Shown piece by piece: positions 57,731 to 64,000 of a stretch of DNA of 64,000 bases; positions within the stretch are counted from its first letter, which is position 1, and the number at the start of each line of letters is the position of its first letter. The notes below the pieces were generated by a model. The model was not told the origin of the DNA and made no database searches. It saw only the letters and a list, made by a program, of their open reading frames with translations. The stretch is from Myxococcales bacterium (lineage in GTDB: Bacteria > Myxococcota_A > Polyangia > Polyangiales > Polyangiaceae): the NCBI GenBank assembly GCA_040348785.1, contig JBEQTH010000065.1, positions 19,461 to 83,460 of the forward strand, written 5' to 3'. The position numbers and the translations under genes are program-made.

Positions 57731-60049
57731 GTGACAACGGTGGCCGCGCTGAATATGCTTTCGGCGGCTCCGCCCGGCACTCGAGCCAGGCACCTCGACT
57801 ACCCTCGTTTTCCATCAGCCGGCGTCCGTCCTCTGCGATCCGAGCTTCCTTCCCAGCGCGCGAATAGCCCGTTGAAATTCCTTGGTTTGCTGGCGCTGCT
57901 GGTGAGCGCGGGGGTGTGCGCCTCTTGGTGCATGGTGGCGGCCGATGCCTGCGTGCGCTCCGGCTGGGAGTACTTCTCCGCGGCGCGCCATGTTGCGGCG
58001 TCACTCGGGTTGTACGCGATGGTCGGCGTGCTGCTCGGCGCGCTCACGACCTGCTTGCTGTGGCTCGAGTGGCGCGTCCTCGGACGTCGTTTTACAGAGC
58101 CGGGGCGACGAGCGCTGGTAGCACGGGCTGGGGCGTACGGAGTCGTCGGTGCGCTGGCGAGCATGAGCACGGCCATCTACACCTTCAGCGGCGAGCACGT
58201 CGCGCGCACGCTGGCCCGAACCGTGGGGCCGATCGCGTTCATGGCCATCGCGGGCGGCGCGACGGCGTTCGGTGCGGCGCTGTTGATGCTCGCGCTGCGC
58301 GCGCTTCACGCCGGCAAGCGTCGGCATTTTTGGCTGATCGTGGCGCTGTTTGCCGCCTTGGGGGCGCTCGTTCTTTGGATCGACCTCACGCAGTACGTCT
58401 CATTGTACTCGCGCATTCACACGATCCTGGAGCTGAGCTCGGCCTTGATTTGGGGCGCGGTGTTTGCGCTCGGGCTGTACGACCGTTGGCGCAGCTCGCC
58501 GCGCAGCGCTCAGCTCGTACGGGGCTTTGCCTGGCTTGGGCTCGGTTGGCTCATGCTCTTCGTGTGCGTGCCGCGCATCCGGTTGCGGATCGATGACTGG
58601 CTGCGCCATGTGTGGCTGGACGAGGCCTACGTCGGGCGGGTGTTGCGCCGCGAGCAGATCGCCGAAGCCTTCCTGCGCGCGCCGCTGCATTGGCAGGGGA
58701 TCTACATGTCGCGCGTGGAGCGCGTCCGTAAGCGCTTTCCGCTCGGCTCGCCCGCCACGGCGCCCGAATGGCTCGCACCGCTCAGCGAAGAGCCGGCATT
58801 CGCAGCGCAGATCGAGGCGCTACGCGAGCCGAAGCGTGGTTACAACGTGATCGTCTACTACGTAGACACGCTGCGGAACGACGTGGCTCGCGATCCTGGA
58901 GTGATGCCCAACTTGGCGCGCTTCGCCGAGACTTCGCTGGACTTTCGGCGCGCGTACGCCGCCGGCTCGGACACCTTGCGCTCGCTGCCTGCGATCACCG
59001 GCGGTAACTACGACGTCTCCTCGACTCCTGACAACGACATCCTCCGCGTCGCGAAGCGCGCGGGTTATGATCGCCATTTGGTGATCGCCAAGTCCGCGCG
59101 CGAGTTCATCGGCAAGCTGCGGCCCGAGTTTCACTTCGACCGGGCCGTCGACGTCGAGGACTACCCCAAGGACATGCAAGTCTGGGGCTACGGCGCCCAG
59201 CAGAGCACGGCCCGGCCCTTGGTCGATCGTGCGATCGAGTTCCTCGGCTCGCGCACCCATACCACCAAGCCCTTTTTGCTCTGGCTGTTCAACTTCGATC
59301 AGCACAACTGGCACGAGCTCGACACGCCGTACGTCGAGCACCTGGCGGCAGCGCACCACATCCCGATCGAGGGCGGGGGTCAGGACGCTTGGCGCTACCG
59401 CGCAATCGCGGCCGGTATCGATGCCGAGTTCGGGCGGCTCGTGAAGGAGCTCGAAAAGCGGAAGCTGCTCGAGAGCACGGTCGTGCTCTTCTTGTCGGAT
59501 CACGGCGAAGCCTTGGGTCAAAACGGGTTCTGGGTGCACTCGGTATTTCTTTGGGATCAATTGCTTCGTGTGCCGCTGGTCGTGCACGCGCCGGGGCTAG
59601 GCGCGCGGCGCATCGAAACCCGCGTCTCGCTGGTCGATGTCGCGCCCACGCTCGCCCGCTACATGGTGCCAACGCCTTCGATGGCCGGCTATCAGGGAGA
59701 AGATCTGTTGGGCTACACCGTACCCAGCCGGCCACCGCGGCGCTTGCCGTTGTTGCTCACGGCGGCATCCAAGGACGTGCTGGTGCGCGTGGGCATGCTC
59801 GATCCGGTGCGCGATTGGAAGCTCGTACTTTCGTTCGAAGCGGCGCTGCCGGAGCTGTACGATCTGAGTGACAGCGAGCCCGACGAAGAAAATCTGGCAG
59901 ACGCGCACCCCAAGACCACGCTTTCGATGCTGCGGAGCTTGGCGCATTCCCCGGTTTTTCCGCGCAATGCGGATGATTTCGATCTGCGTGACACCAAAGA
60001 GCAACGCGCTCAGTGGGCGAGCGAAGCGGCCGCGGCCGGAAAGAACTGA
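57731..60049 (+). CDS. membrane sulfatase-like hydrolase/transferase
   Basis: N-terminal TM helices; YVDTLR, SDHGE, RVPLVV, SLVDVAPT. Confidence 0.85.
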   Translation: MTTVAALNMLSAAPPGTRARHLDYPRFPSAGVRPLRSELPSQRANSPLKFLGLLALLVSAGVCASWCMVAADACVRSGWEYFSAARHVAASLGLYAMVGVLLGALTTCLLWLEWRVLGRRFTEPGRRALVARAGAYGVVGALASMSTAIYTFSGEHVARTLARTVGPIAFMAIAGGATAFGAALLMLALRALHAGKRRHFWLIVALFAALGALVLWIDLTQYVSLYSRIHTILELSSALIWGAVFALGLYDRWRSSPRSAQLVRGFAWLGLGWLMLFVCVPRIRLRIDDWLRHVWLDEAYVGRVLRREQIAEAFLRAPLHWQGIYMSRVERVRKRFPLGSPATAPEWLAPLSEEPAFAAQIEALREPKRGYNVIVYYVDTLRNDVARDPGVMPNLARFAETSLDFRRAYAAGSDTLRSLPAITGGNYDVSSTPDNDILRVAKRAGYDRHLVIAKSAREFIGKLRPEFHFDRAVDVEDYPKDMQVWGYGAQQSTARPLVDRAIEFLGSRTHTTKPFLLWLFNFDQHNWHELDTPYVEHLAAAHHIPIEGGGQDAWRYRAIAAGIDAEFGRLVKELEKRKLLESTVVLFLSDHGEALGQNGFWVHSVFLWDQLLRVPLVVHAPGLGARRIETRVSLVDVAPTLARYMVPTPSMAGYQGEDLLGYTVPSRPPRRLPLLLTAASKDVLVRVGMLDPVRDWKLVLSFEAALPELYDLSDSEPDEENLADAHPKTTLSMLRSLAHSPVFPRNADDFDLRDTKEQRAQWASEAAAAGKN

Positions 60050-60053
60050 GCGC

Positions 60054-61319
60054 TCAGCCTGGCTCGCTGCCCAGGCGTCCGAGCGCGAATGCCGCTTCCT
60101 CGCGTACGAACGGGTCCGCGTCGTGATCGCTCGCACAGCGCAGTGCTTGCAGCGCGTGCTCGCGCGCTGCGGGGCCGATTTCGCCGAGCGCCCACGCGGC
60201 GTGCCCGCGCACGAGCGGGCTCGTGTGTGCCGCGAGCGCGCGGGCGAGCGGGATGACGGCGCGCACGTCTTTGGTATTGCCCAGCGCCACGGCCGCGTTG
60301 CGCGCTAGCTGTGCGCGATGAGTCCGGCGCAAGGCCGAGCCCTTGACCAATTGCCGGTAGCGAGCCGAGCCCAGCTCGAGCAGACCGATCAGATCGGGGG
60401 CGTTGAGGTGCGCACGCGGAGCGAGCTCGGGCGCCGACGGTTTGTGCTCGGCGCTGGCGTTGAAGGGACACACCTCTTGGCAGATGTCACAGCCGAAGAC
60501 GCGCAGGCCGATGAGCGGCCGCAGCTCACGCGGGATCGGATCGCTCGATTCGATGGTCAAATACGAGATGCAACGGCGCGCATCGATCACGTGGTCGCCC
60601 ACGATGGCGCCCGTGGGGCAGGCGTCTAGACACGATCGGCACGAGCCGCAGCGCGGCGCTAGCGGCGCATCGGCCGCCATTTCGGCGTCGACCAAGAGCT
60701 CCCCGAGCATCACATAGCTGCCGACGCCGGGGATGATCGTCATCGCCGACTTGGCGGCAAAGCCGAGCCCCGCACGCTCGGCCGCGGCGCGTTCGAGCAG
60801 CGGCGCGGTGTCCACGCAATGCCGCGCCAGGACGGGGCGGCCGAGTAAATTGGCGACGGCGTCCGCCAACCGGCGCAGCTTTTTGCGCATCACGTCGTGG
60901 TAGTCCTCACCGCGCGCATAGCGCGCGACGATGCCAGTCAGCGGTGGACCGTCCGCGCTCGCGCGCAGGGGCACGGCGTCGGGGGTTGCCGGGTAGGCAA
61001 GGGCGACCGCAATCAGCGTTTTAGCCTCCGACAACAAGCGCCGCGGATCGTGGCGCGGCCCTTCGAGCAGGTAGTCCATCTCCGCGTGCTGGCCGGCCTC
61101 GATCCACGCCGACAAACGCTCGGCGCTCAGCTCCAACGGATCGATGGCGGCGAAGCCGACACGCACGAAGCCCAGATCCTGGCCTGCCGCCCGGACGCGC
61201 GTCGCCAGCTCGACGGCCGACAGCGCCGTCTCCTGCAAGCCAGGCAGCGGATGATGCAGGCGCGCGCCATCCGCGCCATGGGCTTCGCTGAGGGGCTGCG
61301 GACTGAGCTCTGAGGGCAC
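60054..61319 (-). CDS. queG: epoxyqueuosine reductase
   Basis: RYARGEDYH, VDTAPLLER, CGSCRSCLDACPT, CISYLTIE, GCDICQEVCP and a HEAT tail. Confidence 0.95.
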   Translation of the reverse strand: MPSELSPQPLSEAHGADGARLHHPLPGLQETALSAVELATRVRAAGQDLGFVRVGFAAIDPLELSAERLSAWIEAGQHAEMDYLLEGPRHDPRRLLSEAKTLIAVALAYPATPDAVPLRASADGPPLTGIVARYARGEDYHDVMRKKLRRLADAVANLLGRPVLARHCVDTAPLLERAAAERAGLGFAAKSAMTIIPGVGSYVMLGELLVDAEMAADAPLAPRCGSCRSCLDACPTGAIVGDHVIDARRCISYLTIESSDPIPRELRPLIGLRVFGCDICQEVCPFNASAEHKPSAPELAPRAHLNAPDLIGLLELGSARYRQLVKGSALRRTHRAQLARNAAVALGNTKDVRAVIPLARALAAHTSPLVRGHAAWALGEIGPAAREHALQALRCASDHDADPFVREEAAFALGRLGSEPG

Positions 61320-61435
61320 TTTAGCGGGTTCGGGAATATCTGGCGCGGCTCCGGGGTCCCAGGCGGCGGCAGATTGTGGTAACGGCGGGACCCGGTTTGG
61401 GCGTCGGGCCCGCCCACAGCATCTTCGGTAATCCC

Positions 61436-62482
61436 GTGATCGAGATCCAGGAACTTTACAAGTACTACGGCGATCGCCGCGCGATAGGCCCGCTCTCCAC
61501 CACCATTGCCCAAGGCGAGGTGATTGGCTTGTTGGGCCTCAACGGCGCGGGGAAAACCACCACTTTGCGGGTCTTGGCCTGTGATCTGCTGCCCACCAGC
61601 GGCAGCGTGAAGGTGGCCGGCTTCGACGTGGTCGAGCGCCCGGACGACGTGCGCGCCAAGGTCGGCTACCTGCCAGACCGGCCGCCCTTGTATGACGACA
61701 TGACCGTGCGCGAGTACCTCGGCTACGCCGCGCGGTTGCGCAACGTGCCCCCGGCTCAACTAAAGAAGCGCGTCTCTGATGTAGAGGAGCTGACCGAGAT
61801 TGGCGACGTTGCCAATCAGTTGATCGGCTCCTTGTCGCATGGCTTCAAGCAGCGCGTGGGCATCGCGCAATCGATCGTGCACGGTCCGGAGCTCGTGGTC
61901 CTGGACGAGCCAATCTCGGGGTTGGATCCGGTGCAGATCATGGAGATGCGTGAGCTCGTGCGCGGGCTGCGCGGGGCGCACACGGTCGTCGTGTCGAGCC
62001 ACATCCTGACGGAGATCAGCGAAACCTGCGATCGCATCCTGGTCATCAACGAAGGTAAAATAGCCTGGTCGGGCACCGAGTCCGAGCTGAGCGCGACGCT
62101 CAAACAAGGCATGCGCATCGGCCTCACGGTGCGTGCGCCGGGCGCCGCGGGCAGCGTGGCCGCGGACAAGGCGCGCGCCGCGCTATCCGGCTTGGAGGGC
62201 GTGCGCGAGGTCGAGATCTTGGAACCGGCCGAGGCGGGCGAGGGCATTGCCTCGCTGCGTGTGGCGGTCACCAGTGACGTGCGCGAGCGCGTTGGTCACA
62301 GCCTGGTGCAGGCCGGGCTCGGGATCTTGGAGCTCAGTCGCGAAAAGGAATTGGAGAGCATGTTCTTGGAGCTTTTGGGCGAGGGCTCGGAGCAACCGGG
62401 TCGCAAACGCCGCAAAAAGAAGCAGGCTGAGGCCGACGCCGCGGCCAGCGCCGCAGCCGAAAAGAGCGGGGGCATTTCCTGA
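61436..62482 (+). CDS. ABC transporter ATP-binding protein (GldA-like)
   Basis: GLNGAGKTT, LSHGFKQR, LDEP, SSH. Confidence 0.93.
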   Translation: MIEIQELYKYYGDRRAIGPLSTTIAQGEVIGLLGLNGAGKTTTLRVLACDLLPTSGSVKVAGFDVVERPDDVRAKVGYLPDRPPLYDDMTVREYLGYAARLRNVPPAQLKKRVSDVEELTEIGDVANQLIGSLSHGFKQRVGIAQSIVHGPELVVLDEPISGLDPVQIMEMRELVRGLRGAHTVVVSSHILTEISETCDRILVINEGKIAWSGTESELSATLKQGMRIGLTVRAPGAAGSVAADKARAALSGLEGVREVEILEPAEAGEGIASLRVAVTSDVRERVGHSLVQAGLGILELSREKELESMFLELLGEGSEQPGRKRRKKKQAEADAAASAAAEKSGGIS

Positions 62483-63201
62483 TGCGCGCGCTCACCATCG
62501 CCCGCCGCGAGCTGTATGCCTACCTCCGCTCTCCGCTCGGCTCCGCGATCATCGCCGGCGCGCTGCTGCTCGATGGTCTGCTGTTTTATTTCGACGGTTT
62601 GGATCCGAAGCGGCTTTCGGCCCAGCTTCTGACGCAGTTCTTCTATGACTCTTCCGCGGCGACGATGATCGCCGGGGTGATGTTGGCGATGCGTTTGCTC
62701 GCCGAGGAGCGCCAGTCCGGCACGATGACGCTGCTCAACACCGCACCCATCCGCGATCGCGACATCGTGCTCGGCAAGTTCATCTCGTCCTTCGGCATGC
62801 TGACGTTGATGAACTTGCTCACCTTTTACATGCCGCTCATGGTGTACCTGCGCGGCAAGGTGAGCATCGGTCACATCCTCGTGGGCTACTTGGGCATGAC
62901 GCTGCTCGGCGCGGCCGTAACGGCGATCGGCCTGTTTGCGTCCTCGCTGTCGCGCTCGCAGGTGGTGGCGGCGATCATCGGCGCGGTGGTCACTGCGTCC
63001 ATGATCTTGCTCTGGGTGGTCGCGCGCGCCGTCGATCCGCCGTTCAACACCTTCTTCTCGGGGCTCGCGCTGCATCACGAGAATTACCGCCCGTTCATGA
63101 CCGGCACGTTGCAGCTCGATCACGTCGCGTATTACCTCATGGTCACGTACTTCTTCTTGCTCGCCGCCACCAAGGTGCTGGAGGCTCGCCGATGGCGCTG
63201 A
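62482..63201 (+). CDS. ABC-2 permease (GldF-like)
   Basis: IARREL, MRLLAEERQSGT, IVLGKF. Confidence 0.9.
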   Translation: MRALTIARRELYAYLRSPLGSAIIAGALLLDGLLFYFDGLDPKRLSAQLLTQFFYDSSAATMIAGVMLAMRLLAEERQSGTMTLLNTAPIRDRDIVLGKFISSFGMLTLMNLLTFYMPLMVYLRGKVSIGHILVGYLGMTLLGAAVTAIGLFASSLSRSQVVAAIIGAVVTASMILLWVVARAVDPPFNTFFSGLALHHENYRPFMTGTLQLDHVAYYLMVTYFFLLAATKVLEARRWR

Positions 63202-64000
63202 ACGAAGCTCCTGCAGGGCGCCCCGCGCCCGCTTGGGTGTTCCCGCTGTATGCCGCTGGCCTGGGCCTGGTCTTTGTGGGCGAGCGCGTGCTATCGGGCC
63301 TCGAAAAGGGCGGCGGTGCAGCGACGGCCCTGGGCGCGCTGTGTGTCGTCGCGGCGACCGGGATCCGCTTCTCACCACGCTTCAAGAGCGGCGGGGAGCG
63401 CAAGTCGATCGAGTCGCTGCTCGCGATCTTGTCCCTGACCGGATTGCTGGCGCTGGGCTTGTACTTCGCCACGACCGATTCCGGGGCCAGCAAACTTGGG
63501 CTCGATAGCCTCGCTGCGACCAAGAAAGAGCACGTGCTCGGTGTGCTGCGGGTGCTTTGGATTGCCCTGGTCGCGGTGAGCTTGGTACCCATGCTATTCG
63601 CCGAGACCGCGCTCGGTCCGATGCGCCGCGCGGAACGCCCAGAGAGCCGGCGCGTGCGCGCAGCGGCGAGCGCGGGGCTCACGTTAGTGGTGGCCGCACT
63701 CTACGGTGCGCTCTTCGTGTATGCCGCCGGTGGCGTGTCCTGGAAGGCGGATTACTCGTATTTCAAGACTTCGCGGCCGAGCGAGCCGACCCGCAAGATC
63801 GCCGCCAGCTTGGCCGAGCCGGTCAAAGTGGTCGCGTTCTTTCCGGACGTGAACGAAGTCCGCAACGAGGTTTCCGGCTACCTGCGTGAGCTGGCCGCGG
63901 GCATGCCCAAGCTAGAAGTTCAGGTCACCGATCGTTTGCTCTCGCCGAAGCTCGCCAAAGAGCTGCGCGCAACCCAAGACGGCGTGATCATCTTCGCCCG
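63192..64000 (+). CDS. GldG-like ABC accessory membrane protein (truncated by the window end)
   Basis: ATG 63192, TM helices, then DYSYFKTSRPSEPT..VKVVAFF; frame appears open to the window edge. Confidence 0.7.
   Translation, partial: MALNEAPAGRPAPAWVFPLYAAGLGLVFVGERVLSGLEKGGGAATALGALCVVAATGIRFSPRFKSGGERKSIESLLAILSLTGLLALGLYFATTDSGASKLGLDSLAATKKEHVLGVLRVLWIALVAVSLVPMLFAETALGPMRRAERPESRRVRAAASAGLTLVVAALYGALFVYAAGGVSWKADYSYFKTSRPSEPTRKIAASLAEPVKVVAFFPDVNEVRNEVSGYLRELAAGMPKLEVQVTDRLLSPKLAKELRATQDGVIIFA

Overview
High-GC chromosomal window. Gene content (Ser/Thr kinases paired with TPR-PEGA proteins, Cys-rich and Gly-linker lipoproteins, a sigma54 two-component system) points to a myxobacterium of Polyangiaceae type; this is an inference. 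The flanks hold housekeeping and accessory genes: ddl, GH130, GH94, cyclophilin, argF, pdxH, queG and a Gld-type ABC transporter. The centre (about 19.1-34.6 kb) is an integration hotspot at a tRNA-Glu(UUC) gene (34508-34582, minus strand). The tRNA 3' end occurs four times (19165, 20062, 22776, 34507) and delimits three tandem units. Two are small cassettes without an integrase that share both ends but carry different cargo. The third is an 11.75-kb element with a large serine recombinase, a RecA-like helicase, an origin-like repeat cluster, several small HTH proteins, phage-like genes and a toxin-antitoxin (TA) pair, resembling a phage satellite. The recombinase ORF runs through the att site. 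Each of the three distal att copies is followed by a start-less coding tail ending in the same motif, AE[WF]x[AG]Ix[LV]x[LVI]VA-stop. This suggests a conserved swap of the integrase C-terminus on excision. All product calls come from motif recognition; no database search was run.
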